Shown here: positions 26,060 through 41,000 of the stretch, in pieces | Numbering within the stretch: position 1 is the first letter of the stretch | Layout of the letters: every line of letters begins with the position of its first letter | DNA from: Candidatus Aenigmatarchaeota archaeon | Lineage (GTDB): Archaea > Aenigmatarchaeota > Aenigmatarchaeia > CG10238-14 > SpSt-28 | DNA: 64,000 nucleotides | Assembly: GCA_038997165.1 (NCBI GenBank) | Contig: JAWBAK010000001.1 | Coordinates: forward strand, 32,001-96,000 | Direction: 5' to 3' | The notes under the pieces: generated by a model | Databases searched by the model: none | Told to the model about the DNA's origin: nothing | What the model saw: the letters and a program-made list of their open reading frames with translations, nothing else | Made by a program: the position numbers and the translations under genes

Positions 26060-29000
26060 ATGTTATTTAACATAAAAGTAAAGCTACAAACAGCAAGTAT
26101 TTTTAGTATAGCTCTATTTCTACTATCTATTTTAGGATATTTAAATTATACTGGATTCTTTGTATTAGAAAATGATATAAACATTTCTGCAGAAATTACA
26201 AATAATTGTGCTGGGGAAGAAAGTACTATAAGAATTTTGTTTGAAAAAGAAATAAATGAAGTAGAAATAAGTTTTTTAAATTTTACAGAGATTTGTTATA
26301 ATTGCAAATATTTTGAGAAAAATATTTTATTACCTGAAGATGAAAAAATAGAAATTAAAGTAAAGTATGAAAATAATGAAAAGTTTTTTGAATTTCCGAT
26401 TTATAAAAAAGAGTTTAGCTTTGAAGTTAATGTTTCAGAAAATATTTTAAAAGTTTTTGGAGAGGCAAAATGCTATAATAGCTTAAATTTAAAAATATAT
26501 TTTGAAAATGAAACAATAAAAGAAAATTATTTAGAAGTTAAAGATGGAAAGTTTTATTTTGAAACTTATTTAGAAAAGGCTGGAAAGTATAATATCGAAA
26601 TTGAAAACATTTCTAAGGAAATTGAATTAAAGCCAAAAATAAAAATAGAAAAAATAGAATTTCCGCAAGAAATTTTTGAGGATTTTGAAATAAAAGTTTA
26701 TGTTAAAGCTTTGTATGGAAATATTTTAAATGCAAGCATTACTCTAAAAAATGTAGAAGAGAATTTTATTTTTAGCGAACCATTGCAAAAAGTTATAGAA
26801 GAGATTAATGAAAATGAGTTCGCAATAATTTCTTGGAATTTAAAAGCTAAAAATTGTGGAAATTATAGCTTAGAGGTTTTTGCTGAAAGTTCTGAAAGTT
26901 ATGATTATAAAAAGATTGATTTGCTAGTTAAATGTTTGGAAAATATTACAAAACAAAATATTAATCTAAATGCTTTTCTCCTTATAGAAAATGTTACTAA
27001 AGGAAAAAAGGAGTTTAAGTTAATTAAAATTTTTGGAAATGTAAGCTTAGATGAAAAGTTGATTACTTCAAATGTAAATGTTAAAATAAAAGATCCAAAA
27101 GGAAATGTTATTTTTGAAAATAAAAGCTATAGCGAAAGTTTTGAGTTTGTTTTTGAATTTTTGCCAAAAATTTTTGGAAAATACTATGCAGAAATTTATG
27201 CTGAAAATGAATATGGAAATATTAGTAAAACTTTGAGTTTTGAAATTACTGGAGAAATTAAAGCTAAATTAAAAATTAAAAAGGAAAAATTCAATTATAA
27301 TTTAGGGGAAAAAGCTACATTTGAAATAGAATTTGAAGAAGAATTAAGTGAAAATATTAAAATAAAAGCTTATTTAGTAGATGCAGAAGGGAATGAAAAA
27401 GAGGTTGAAATTTATGAAAAAGATGGTAAATATTTTGTTGATTTAGATTTTGGAAGAAGTTTTAGGCCAGGTTTGTATAAGTTGAAAGTCAAAACAATTG
27501 AAGAAAAGTTTGTAGAAAAAGGTAAAGGTTTGTTTAAAATTTTAGAAAAGCAAGAAGAAATATTAAGCGAAGAAGAAGTTGAATTTGGGGTTGGATTAGT
27601 TGTTGTTAACACGCCAAAATCAATTTACTTAGTTAATGAAACGGCCAGAATTATAATTGGTGTTGTAAATGAAGTTGGAAAAAGAGTTACTGATGCCAAG
27701 ATTGATATATTAATTCGTTCTCCTTCTGAAAAAATTTATAGATTTTCAACCTCTACAAACTCTGTAATTAATAATGAAGATGGAACTTATGAAGCTTATT
27801 TAAAAGATTTAGATGAAGTTGGTAATTATACTATTTTTGTAGTTGTTAACGCTGATAATTTTATTGTTAATCAAAGTTCTTTTTTTGAAGTTAGAAACTT
27901 TGTTGAAATTGATGTAGAAAGAGAAATGCCAACATTAAGTGATATAGCATCAATATTTGAAGTTAAACTTAAGATTATTCCAAAAATTAACATTTCAAAC
28001 GTTTCAGTAATAGAAACAGTCCCAAAAGGCTTTCCACATATTACAGCTAAAAATGCAAAAATAGAATCTGGAGAAAAAGAATATAAAATTGTTTGGAATT
28101 TCGATAAATTAATTGCAAATGAAAAAATAGAGTTAATATATTCTGTGGAAAATTATTTTGAATCTCCAATAATATTTGAGTTTGGACCACTAATAATAAA
28201 TTCTTCAGAGAGTAATTTTGTTGAGCTAAAAGAATGGAGTTTAATAGTTACTGATGTTATTTATTACGCAATTTTCTGGGAATTTTATAGAGGTTCAGAA
28301 GCTGCACATCATATGGCTTTGTGTAGAGGAATGAATTATACTATAAGATTTTCTATTGTTGATACCGCAATGGACGAAGATATGGCAGCTGATCAACTAG
28401 GATATTTAAGGATAAAATTAGAAAGTGAAGGTAGCTTTCAAACATTACCATACAAAGGCTTTATCTCTCAAAATCCACAAACAGTTGAAGGAACAAAAAA
28501 TGATGCAAATACTTGTTCAGCAACAGGTGGTACTGATCCTTGTGTTTATAACTTGGTATGGCATCTAAATATATCTAAAGACGCACCAGTTGGATTGCAC
28601 ATGCTACAATTGTATTTGTCTTCTACACCGCAGGCACCAAGATATTTAACTGATAGAATTAACATCTATGTAACAGATTGCGATCCTATAGGTTTAGTAA
28701 GAGATGCATTAATTTTAGGTCCACAAGATAGTGTTGAAGTTAATCAAAAAGCTCCAAACTTTTATTCCTATAGAGTTATTGCTGGAAGTTTAGCTAGATT
28801 TGTTTTACCTTTAAAAAATTATGGCTCAGAAACTGTAAATGCCAATGTATCAATAAGAATACTAAGTGGGGAAAATGAAGTTAATTGGTACTTTCCTGAA
28901 GGAAATACACAATCAATAACTCTCTCGCCCAATGAAGAAAAAATTGTTGTATGGAAAACTTGGGTTCCAGATGATGCAAGCGGAACTTATACAGCTTTAT

Positions 29001-32000
29001 TTACTATTCAAGCGAAAGATAAAACCATAACAATAAAAAGAGATTTCAATGTCTATACTTTTCCTATTGTTATTTATCAAGCATCACCAGATTGGATTAT
29101 AGCTAGAAGAGGAGGTATAAAATATAGAACTGTTTCTATTTGCAATTATGGTGATTATAACCTTACAGCTAACATTACTGAAATTAATTCTATGCAAGGA
29201 GGTACTTCAGTAACTGTCTCTCCTAGCGCAAATATTTCTACTGCTACTAGAATAGAGTGGTGGCAAAGAAGTATACCAACGTCTCGATGTTTTATATATA
29301 ATGTAACTTATAGAAACCCTAGCACCACTGAGATAGATCCAGGTTACGAGGAGTTTGTTGTTATGGTTACCTATTTTAATCCTTCTAACAATTTAATCGA
29401 AACTCTATCAGATATTTTTTCAACAATTCAAATAGACGCTAATGATAAACCGCTACTTAATGTAAGATTATTTCCAACTCTTATAATCGCCAATGATACT
29501 CAAGTCTCACTAGTTATTAGTAATAATGGAAGAAATGTTGGCATTAATATTGGCCAAATAAGACTTTATATACCAGCAGGATTTATACCTTATCAATTCT
29601 CTTTAACCCCAGATCAAGGATATCCAATTGGATCTGCTGAAGAAGGTTGGATTGTAACATGGACTCCCTATTCAACAAACAGCTATCTTTATTCTATAGA
29701 TGCTACAAGTTCAGTAACTTTAACTTTTAGAGTTAATGTATCTGACATTAGAAATTTTTCACCTGGAGGTAAAATTTTTACTGTCACTATATCTGGATAT
29801 CCAACTGCTACAAATACTGGCACCCTTAGAATGCTTCATTTTCCAACAGCAAAATTTGCAGTTGTAAGAGAAGGTCCTCTTTTAAAAACAGTAAGATATT
29901 ACAACACTACTCCAACAGATGAACAACTAAATTTCCCATTATTTTTTGCTTGTGGTAATTTTTCAACTAAGTTACAAGTTTTTAATAAAGGTAATTTACC
30001 TGCTTATAACTTTAGAATAAATGAAACAAAAAGTGATATACTTAAAACTCATCCTGGAGATTTAATTTTCTACGGTTTTAATCCTTCTAATCCTTATTTA
30101 GAACAATCAAAACTAATTAGCTGGGATGGAGGAATAAATTTCATAGCTACAGGTAAAGATAATGCAATAAACTTTACTTATTCAATTTTTGTACCATATC
30201 AAACTAATGGTACTTTTAGTTTTCAAGCCTTAGCACTTAATAATACCTTTAGCTTTTTCGACGAAGAATATATAATTTCAATTTCTTGTGGAGCTTCTTT
30301 AAGCATAGACCAAATTAGAATAAGAAAAGGAGAATATCCAGAACCAACTATATATGTTAACGATATTTTTAACATTTCGGCAAACATTTATAATGATGGT
30401 CCAGGAAATGCAAGTAATGTAATAGTTTGGATTAATTATACAAATGTAACTCAAATAAGAGGATTAGAAAATTTAAAAATTTATAATTCTAATGGAGAAG
30501 AAAGCAATATTATTTATTTAGGAAATATTTTACCAAAGGAAACAAAAATTGCCTTTAATGACTATTATTTTACAGTAAATACTTCAGGAGTTTCTCCAGG
30601 AATAATAAGATTTTGTATTAATGCAAACGCTACTGAAAATTCTACAATAGTTTCTTCTTGCAGAGATATTACAATAAATGCTCCACCAGCATTAATTGAA
30701 TTAGAAAATCCCATTGCTATTTCAAAAGAAACAGGCTCATCTTTTGGCTCTTGGAGCTTTAATTTTACTTTTAACGTTTCTGTAAGAGTTTCGAATTCAG
30801 AAAATGATGTTCAAATATGTGCATGGTTTAGCAAAACTGGAATGGAACCATTTAAACTAATTGGTTGTGATATTTATCCTGCTCCAGGAAATAATATCGG
30901 AAGTTGGAGAAATTATTCTTTTGAATATTCTCCAAGCTGTGAAGATATTGGTAATCCTGTATTTATTAAGTTTAATGCAACAAACTTTGCAGGATCTTCT
31001 AATTCTACAACATTACCATTTACTATCACTAAAAGTAAAATAGTATTCGATGAAATTTTAGGAAATAATACAGAAACTAGAAGAGGGAAAATGCCTACAA
31101 TTCTTGGTGTTAGAGTAAAAGATATAAATGGAACTTATATTTCTAACTTACCATTAAGATTTTACGTAAGTTTAAACGAAATTGTTTTTGATGCAGGTAA
31201 TACAGTTTATACAAATGAAAGTGGTTATGCAAACTATAACTTTTTAGCAGTTTGTACTCCAAAATACTTAGTTGGATATCAAAAATGGAAAGCTGAATTA
31301 AAAGATAACGAATGTTATTTTGATAATTCTACAGAAAATTATTTCGATTTAAGAGTTTTAGTAACTGGAGATATTTTACTATATATAGTTAGGCCAGATG
31401 GTAGTACAAACTATACTCAAGAAGATACTATTACATTCTTAGGTTATGTAACAGATGATTGTGGAGATCCTTTAACGGCAAGCGTTATATTTTTTGCAAA
31501 TCATAGCATAGAAAGCTTTGAATGTTCAGATGTAACTCAAGTAGGTTCTAATGCATATACTTGCGATTGGCATACAGAAATTACTACACCAATGGGTTGG
31601 TATAATGTTTCTATGTATGTAGAAAAAGAGTTTCATTATTCGAATTGGAGTATAAAAGCTAAAGATCCAGGACTATTCTATTTAGAACCTATTTATAAAT
31701 TAGAAGATCCACAAGCATATCCAATAAGAGAAGGATGGGGATATAAAAACTGGAATTTTAGTGTATTTGCATCTAGTGGAGATAGTGAAAATGAGTTTGA
31801 CGTAAATATATATTTAGGAGATTTGTGGCCACCAGCAAAGCCTTGTGAAGAGTGTATAAATATTACTCCAAAAACATGCTTTAATTGTTATAAGCAATTG
31901 GTTGTATTTTTAAGAAATTTCACTGCATATGAAATAGGTACTTGGTACTATAGATTTTCCTTAGGACCAACATCAACTACTCAAGTTAAATATGTAATAG

Positions 32001-35000
32001 TTGAAAAAGATGACACAACAATGGAATATGTTAGTGGAAATAATTCTATAGTAATAAGAAATTCTCAACCAGCATTACTTTCTGTTAGAGTTTTTGACTT
32101 AGATGCAAATACTTATGAATTAAATCCGCCTGCATTAGTTACTTTTAAATTATACGATGAAAAATATCCAAATGGATATAAGGTTATTGGAAGTGTTTAT
32201 ACAAATTCTTCTGGATATGCAAATCTATTGCTAAACATAACAGAATGTACTGGTTGGCTTGAAGGAATTCAAAAATGGAGTGCAGAAATAGATGATAATG
32301 ATAACTATTACAAAAAATCTTCCATAGGAAACTTTACAATAGAAATTCAATTACCAGGATGCCAGCCGCAAGTATATATTTATTCGATAGAATTACCAAA
32401 AGAAGCATTTCAATATAAAAATTTCACAATAGTAACATATGTTACTTCTTGGGTAGGAGATGCTGAAGGTGTTTATATAAATATTACTTTACCAGATGGT
32501 TGGTATACTGATGAGCAAACTAAATATTTGGGAAAAATATATGCTAACGAATTCAAAAAAATTTATTGGAATGTTTATGCTAGTACATTTGGAGAGGGAA
32601 AAGCAATTTTCTATATAAACTCAAGTAATGCTGGTTATAAAAGATTGGAAAGTAATAATATTGTCGTTTATAAATTTTCTCAATCAACAATAAACTCGAT
32701 AATTAATATTAATAGTAATGATTTTGAAATTTTAGAATTTGATTGCGAAACTGGTAACTATAGAATTGCAAACTTAACAATAAAAATTTCAGAGAATTCA
32801 AATAATTCAACTCTAAAAATTGAATCTTTTAACTCTTCTAACTGGATAAAAATTGAAAATAATTTAGAAGTTATTAGCAATAGCTTCTATTTTATTCCAA
32901 TATTAGCTAATCAAATTTCAAGCAATTCTGATGGAAAATGTTTAGTAAAAATAACAAATGTTGGAGATAAAAATGTAATTATAGAAAGTGCAACCCTTAC
33001 TTCTTACTATAATGAAACTTTAAAAATAGATGGTATAAAAGTTTTAGTTAATAATTTTGAAGTAGAAAGCATAGATAAAACAGAAAGTTCATTTAATATT
33101 TCTGTTAGAATAGGAAATTCCTTAGATATAAATAAAGATGGTAATTTAACTTTAAAGATTTTGAAAGATGGAAAGGAAATTTATTCGAATTATAAAGAAT
33201 TTACAATAAATGCAAATAGCTTTACTTTTATTAATTTTACTGATATTCAAACAAGCAATTGGGAAGAAGGAATTTATGAAATAATTGCAATACTCAATTC
33301 TTCAAACGAAATTAAATTATTAAAAAGAGAAATAGTTTTTAGTGAAATAAAAATCGATATAACTTCTCCAAAATATCAATGTAATTCTTCAACAGAAAAA
33401 ATTTATTTAGAAATTTATCAGCCATTAGAAGATTATATTTCTTATAACATTTCTTTACAAATTCCAAATAATTGGGATTATAATCCTAAATACATATACT
33501 TAGAGCCAAAAGGTAAAGGATTTTATTTTGCCGAATTTAATTTAACAGCATTTTCTGAAATTGAAGAAGATTATCAAATAATAATTGTAATTAATTACAC
33601 TTACGCAAACAATACAAAAAGTTTAATTAAACCTATAAACATAAAAGTTTCTCCAAACATTCCAATTTTAGAAATTATAAGAGAATTACCAAGTTTAGTT
33701 TCCACATCAATTGTTTTTAAGCCAAGAATAGTTATTCATAACAAAGGTTGTGGGATTGCTAATAATGTAACTATTAAAGAATATATTTCAGCCGGTTGGA
33801 TAGGGGCAAACCCAAGCATTGCAAAGAACGAATATGCTAATGATCCAGAAGTTTCTGATAAAGATGTTGATTTAATTTATTCTGAAACGGACTTAATAAA
33901 TAATATACTAACTTGGCAATTAAGCGATATTAAGCCAAATAAATATGCTGTACTAACATATCAAATAAAAGCTCCTCCAACATTATTTACAGCTGGTTAC
34001 TTAAAGTATAATATAAGCTGGAATAATGAATATTATATTGAAGAAAAAATACCATCAAAAGTTTATACATATAGATATCCAGAAGAATCTCATTTAGAAT
34101 TTGATTTAATTGCTATTCAAACCTTAGAATATCCATGGCCAGAAGTAAGAAGCATTCAAGTTAATAGAGAATATAACTTTACTTTAAAAGTTACAAATAT
34201 TGGAGATATAAATACTAATAATGATTGGACTATTAAGCTTTATATTCCAAAAGAATGCGAAGTTATTAATGTAGAAAATGGAATATGGAATGAAAGTGAA
34301 AGAAAAATAGTTTGGAGTTTACCAAATATTTCAACTTATCAAACATCATATTTTAACTTTACTTTGAAATGTAATGAAGAAAAACAATATGTTTTAATTG
34401 CTGAAGGAATAAGAGATACTAGAAGTAAAGTAAGCTTTGAAAATTCTACATCAATTTATTGCGAATCTTATTCAAAACCTGCATATTGTTATTCTAAATT
34501 AGATTATATCTTAGCAAAACCAACAAATGCTAGATATGAAAAATTATCCAATATAACTATTGAGTTTTTGAATAAATATTCTGGAAATAATTTAACAATT
34601 GGAAATTCTTACATAAAAATTTTTGACGATTTGCTTAATGAGCATATAATATGGCAAGACTATTCTTTCGAAGAGAAAAATGAAATAAAAACAAAGCAGC
34701 TAATAATTTATGAAAATCAAGAAAATTTTGTTAGTAATATAAAAACTTTTGAAATTAGCTCATATTCTGATGCAACAGAAAATACTTATACTAACATTTC
34801 AATACTTAAAATTTATTATACTTGGGATTTAGGAAAATTGTTTAATGAAACTCAAAACCTATTTATAAAATCTAAGGTTTATGATTATACACCTCTATTC
34901 AGAAACGCAAAGCTCTATATTAATGGTAACGATTCTATAAAAGTTGGAGGCTGGGGAGAAAAATTTGAATTTAGTGTAGAGGTTAGAGATAGATTTGGAA

Positions 35001-38000
35001 GAGATGTTATAGTTAGAATGTATCATAGAAAAGTAGGTGGTGAGTGGAGTTTAGTAGATGAAAAAGTTTGCTATTCTTGCTTAGAATGGACTCAATTTAA
35101 TTTTAGCTATGATTACGATTATACAGATATATCAAATTGGGAATTCAAATTTGAAGGAATAAATTCAGATGGTATTAGCGAATATTATGGATTTGTATAT
35201 ACTGTTGAAAAAGATGATGTTGAATTAACACCAATTCAACCACAATGGAACGAAACTGTTTTAAGAGCTTATGGATATAACTTTACGATTTACGCTTTCG
35301 ATATTGATAATAAAACTATTCCATATGTTTTGGAAGATTATAAAGCTTTTGTTGCCTTAGGTCAATATGGAAATAACTTAACTTATAAAATATATACATT
35401 ATCTCCATCAATTAATGAAAGTGGCTACATAATTTTAAAAGTTACTAATACAGAGTTTTGTAATCCAGCAAACAACTATTATTTAGGTCAAAACTACTGG
35501 TTTGGTGGAATTCAAGGATCTGCATATTATAAAGATGTTAATACAAGAATTCCACCATATAATGCATTACCATATGTATTAATAGGAAGCTTATATAATA
35601 ACATAATTTATCCAATTAATGTTAACTTTAGTTTCGAATTAGATACAATTACTTTAAGAGGAGTTGTTTACGACGATTGTGGAAATATAAGAGCTGATGA
35701 AGATATGTATGTATATTTCAATTTAACTAATGGAGATTATAATTATCAATGCATAGCTACAAGAGTTGGAAATGAATTCCAATGTACATTTAATCCAAGA
35801 AGTTTAAATGCACCCTTAGGTTGGTATAACATATCTATGTATTCTTCAAAGCCATTACATACAGATGGTATTTATAGTGTAAATAATGCATTCTTCTTAG
35901 CAAGCATACCAAAAATAATTAATATATCTATTAATCCTTTTGGCGGTCCTTGGGGTTTAAGTCCATTTAATTTTAGTGCATACATTATTGATGAAGATGG
36001 AAATTTTGTTAATATAACTCATTATTTAAGAAAAGTTCCAGAACAATATTTTGTTGCTTATATTGATAATTGCACAAATTGTAATTATTATTTAACTTCT
36101 TTCCTTAGAAATTTTGTTTGTGATTATGAAAATATTGAAGTTGGAGAATGGAGATATAAAATTGAAACTAAGGATGAAGCTGGTTTTTCAAATACATCTC
36201 AAGAAATTTCATTTACAATAGAAAAAGAACCAATTAATATATCGCTATTTGAAAGCGTTCCGTTAATTAACAGAAGTAATGTACCAAATTCGAAAGCATA
36301 CAATTTATCGGTTACTATATTCGATACTATTTTAAATAGAAATGTAACAGAAATACCTTTTGTATATTTAAAATTAGAAGGTCCAGCAACTTTTACATAT
36401 GAAATGGAAAAGGATGAAACTCAAGAAAAATATTATTATGAATTTCTTCCAGGTTGTAGTTATCCTGTAGGAGAATATAAATGGTATTCTTATGTTTTAA
36501 ACGATTATTGCTATCAAAATGCAAGAAGTGAAAATTATACAATAAACATTTATGGAAGCCTTTCTGTTAACATAATTTCTCCAACAGATTATCAGATTAT
36601 TCCAGAAGGACAAAGTGTAACTATAAGATCTAATATTATAGATGATTGTGGTGTTTCAATAACCAATGCTAATGTTTATTATATTTTAAGAAATGAAAGA
36701 ACTCAAGAAGAATTTAGATGTCCAGAAAGTGGGTTTGCAAATTATGATGGAACTTCTTATGTTTGCAATTTTAATACTAGTGGCAAACCTGGAGGAAATT
36801 ATACTATAATAGCTTACGCATCAAGAAATTATTATTGGGATTCCTTAGCTATAAAAGAAAATGCATTCTTTCTAGTAACTCCAGTAAGAATTATAAATGT
36901 TACTATGAATTATGAGCATGATGGTAGCTGGGGTGAAATTCATAATTTTACAGCTCTAATAGATCATTATAATGATGTTATTGTATGTTTATTAGAAAAA
37001 CCAATAGATGCACAAGAATACCAAGTTACTGAATGTAAATATGTAGAAAATCCATCTGGAGGAAAAAAAGTAACATTTAATAGAAGATATACATGTTCAA
37101 ATTTTGTTAGAAGTCAATTCTGGAATTATAAAATTAATGCTACAGAGCCAGGAGTACCTTCTTCTTATAGCGAAAGTCAAGAATATCAACATATGCTACA
37201 AAAAAATGATTTATCGCTAATAATTTATTATAACGATTCTGAAGCAAAAAGATATGGAGATCAAAGGGCAAGATTAATAGTATATGCATATGATTTAGAT
37301 CAAAAACAAGCTGCATATGTTAGTGCATATAATTCACCAAATATTAAATTTAATGTATATAATGGAAGTTCTTTTGTTTTTGTTGGTGCAAACTCAACAA
37401 ATTCTTCTGGATATTCGACTCTATTTTTCAAACCTGATTGTAGCTTTGATGTAGGAATTAAGGAATGGTATGCTTATACAGAGGCTGATGCATGTTATAA
37501 AAATGTAATTTCTGATAGATCAAATATTACAATAGTTGGTCTGTTAAATCCATATTTAGTTTCTCCGATTAATGAAGAATATACAAGATATGCTGAACTA
37601 TACATAAATCTTTCTGCAATTGTTAAAGATGAATGTAATTTAATTACATTTGAAAATGCCACTGTTACATTTATTGCAAAAAGTGTTGCTTTTGGAAGCG
37701 AATACTTATGTTCAGACGTTACTTATTCTAATGGTTATTATAATTGTAGCTTAAATGCAACTTTAATAGAGGAAGGTTGGTATAATGTAAACGTTACAGC
37801 ATCGAACGTTTTATATTATGATGATTACTATTATCTTCAAACAAATTCCTTCAAAATAATTCATAGCTTAGTTCCTCCAGTATTAAGCAATGAGTATGCT
37901 TATCCTGAGCAAGATGGAGGTTGGGGAGAAAGATGGTATTTTAGAGTTAATGTTAGTGATTTGAATGGAGACGATGTAAATATTTATCTTTGGATTTCAA

Positions 38001-41000
38001 GAGATAGAAGCAATTGGGAACTAGTAAATCAAACTATTTGCTATAATTGTGGATATGAAAGAACCATAGAACTATCTTATAAAGGATTTACATGCGAAGA
38101 TTATTTAAATCGGCCAATATACTTCAAATTCAATGCAACAGATGCTTATAATTCAACAGATAGAAATCCCATAGCTTTATATCTTGATAAAAATGATTTA
38201 AGAATTGAGTATTATAGTGGAAATGAAAGCAAAATAATAAGAAATGTTGGTGGAATATTACAAGCTAGAATTTATGATTTAGATTTTGGAGATTATGCAG
38301 ATTCTCAAGTTGCTCTATACGTAACTACTGATAGAAATAATTATAAGCTTGTAGCAATAAATAATTCATTAAATTCTATAGCTACATTATTCTTTAATCC
38401 AACATGCGAATTTGATGTTGGTTTGCAATATTGGAAAATAGGAAGTTATAATGATGCATGCTATAAAAATGTAAACTCAAGCGATTTCAATTTATATGTA
38501 ATAGGAAATATCGATGCAAACATAACTTATCCAAAAGGAGATAAATTCTTAAGAGGCTCTAATGTAACTTTAAATATTTCAATTTTTGATGAATGTTCAG
38601 AAAACATTCCACTAGAAAATACAAAAATAAATATAACGATGATAAGTAATAGAGATAAAAGCATAAGATATTGTACTGAAATAATTGAATTAGGAAATGG
38701 ATTATACTCCTGTACATTTAATTCTTCTAACTTCACTCCAAATTATTATAACGTAACTCTAAATATTTCTAAAGAATTATATACGAATAAAACAAAAACA
38801 TTTTCTAATGTATTTTGGATTGAAACAAATCCAATACTATTTAATTTAAGAGCAATTCCAAATGTTTTAGGCTGGGGAGAAACTTTAACAATAAAAGTTA
38901 ACTTTACTGATGAAGATTTAGATACTCATACTATAAATGTTTATTTAATTAAAAGTGATTATTCAAGAGTAAGAACTAGAAATATTTTAAATGTTCAAGG
39001 AATAAATGTTGAAGCCTCTACACAATTTACTTTCACATCTGCAGATATTGGAGATTGGTTTGTAATTGTTAATGTAACCGATGATTTTGGCATTGCTGAA
39101 ATAAATACTTCAATTACAATTGAAAAAGACGATACTATTATTGAATATATTAGTGGAAATAATAGTATAGTTCATAGGATTCATAATACAACAACTTTTG
39201 AATTAAGAGCTATAGATATAGATAATCCATCAAACAATATTTATTATCAGCCAGCTGGTTTTTGGGTTACTTCAGATTATGTTAATTATATTTATATTGG
39301 AACTGTATATACTGGAAATAATGGATATTTTAATATAACTTTTGATCCTGATTGTAGATTTGAAACAGGAATTCAAAAATGGAAAGGAGGATTATTAGAA
39401 AATCCGAATTGGAAGACGTCGAATTCTTCAGAATATTTTGTTATAATAGTTTCTGATTTAAGTGGAAATATTATTCAGCCAGATGGAAACATTCTTTTAA
39501 GAGGCGTAGATTCTTTAAATATTAGAGCTACTGTTAGCGATGAATGTAAATATGTAAATGGTGCTGATGTTTACTTTGTTGTAGGAAATGAAAACATAAA
39601 TATTACATGCGATAATGTTATAAATGATAATCTAGGAAATTATACTTGTAGTTTATCTTCTAGTACACTTGAAATATTGCCATATGGTTGGAATAATATA
39701 ACTATGTTTGCAAGGAAAGATTTTTATGAAAATGAGTTAGTAATTACTAAACAAAACGCTTTCTACTTAGCAGATAAGCCAAAAATTGAAGATGTTTATG
39801 TAACTTCAGCAACTTGGAGATGGGGGACTGTTTTTGAATTCGTAGGTAAACTATATGATTTGGATCCAGATAATAAAACTGTTTATTTATGGATTAGTAG
39901 AGATGGTAGTAATTGGAGATTAATAAATCAAACAACATATTATGGCCCAACACCACCAGGAGGAGTAGATATTAAATTGAGTTTTATTCCTACTTGCAAT
40001 GATGTAGGAAATTGGTACTTTAAATTTAATGTTACCGATACTAGTGGATATTCGAGCGAAACATTTGGATATCAATTTGAAATACTCAAAAGACCAGCAG
40101 TTATAAGCGCTATAAGTGGATTAAACAAAATAATTCAAAGAGAGGGTTCTGTTTCCACAACACTAAGAATAAAAGCTATAGATGCAATAGATGGAGCAAA
40201 TATAAATAATGCAAAAATAAAATTTATAACTATTAATAAAACTGGTCACGAAGTAACTTATGAAACTTGGACAAACCAATCTGGTATTGCATCTTACATT
40301 TTTGATCCAGATTGTTCTTACGGTGCTAATAAAACATATTGGAAAGCAATTCTATATAATAATTCATGTTATGAAGATACAGTTTCTCCAAATTTTGATA
40401 TATACATTTATGGAAAATTGTATAATAACCTTGTAGCTCCTTCACAAGGATCAACATTTCCATCTAGAACAACATTTAATATTTCTTATTATATAACTTC
40501 AGATTGTAGTGATGAAGGATTAATTGAGAACGCAAACGCAGAGATTAAAGTGTATGATCCGTTAAATCAAGAAATTATATGTACTCCAATAATTGAGGAA
40601 AACGGATATTATAATTGTACTTTTGATACTACAGGCAAAAGAGCTGGTGTATATTCGATAACTCTAAACTCAACAAAACAATATTACTTCGGAAGTTATA
40701 CTAATTATCCAAACTGGTTTAGCATATATAATTCTCCACCAACATATTCAAACATATCTGTCTCTCCATCTATTGCTCCATGGACATCAATACTAAACTT
40801 TAGTGTTTATGTTTCAGATGCTGATAATGATGTAGTAAGATGTTCTCTAGAAATTAAAAAAGGTTACTCGTATATAGAAGTTGCAACTATGGAAATAAAT
40901 GGAAATGGTCTTTGTAGTTTTTTGATTAGCGATTTTAGCTGTGATGATATAGGAACTAATTACTTTAGATTCTCTTTAAGCGATGGATATAACGATATAG

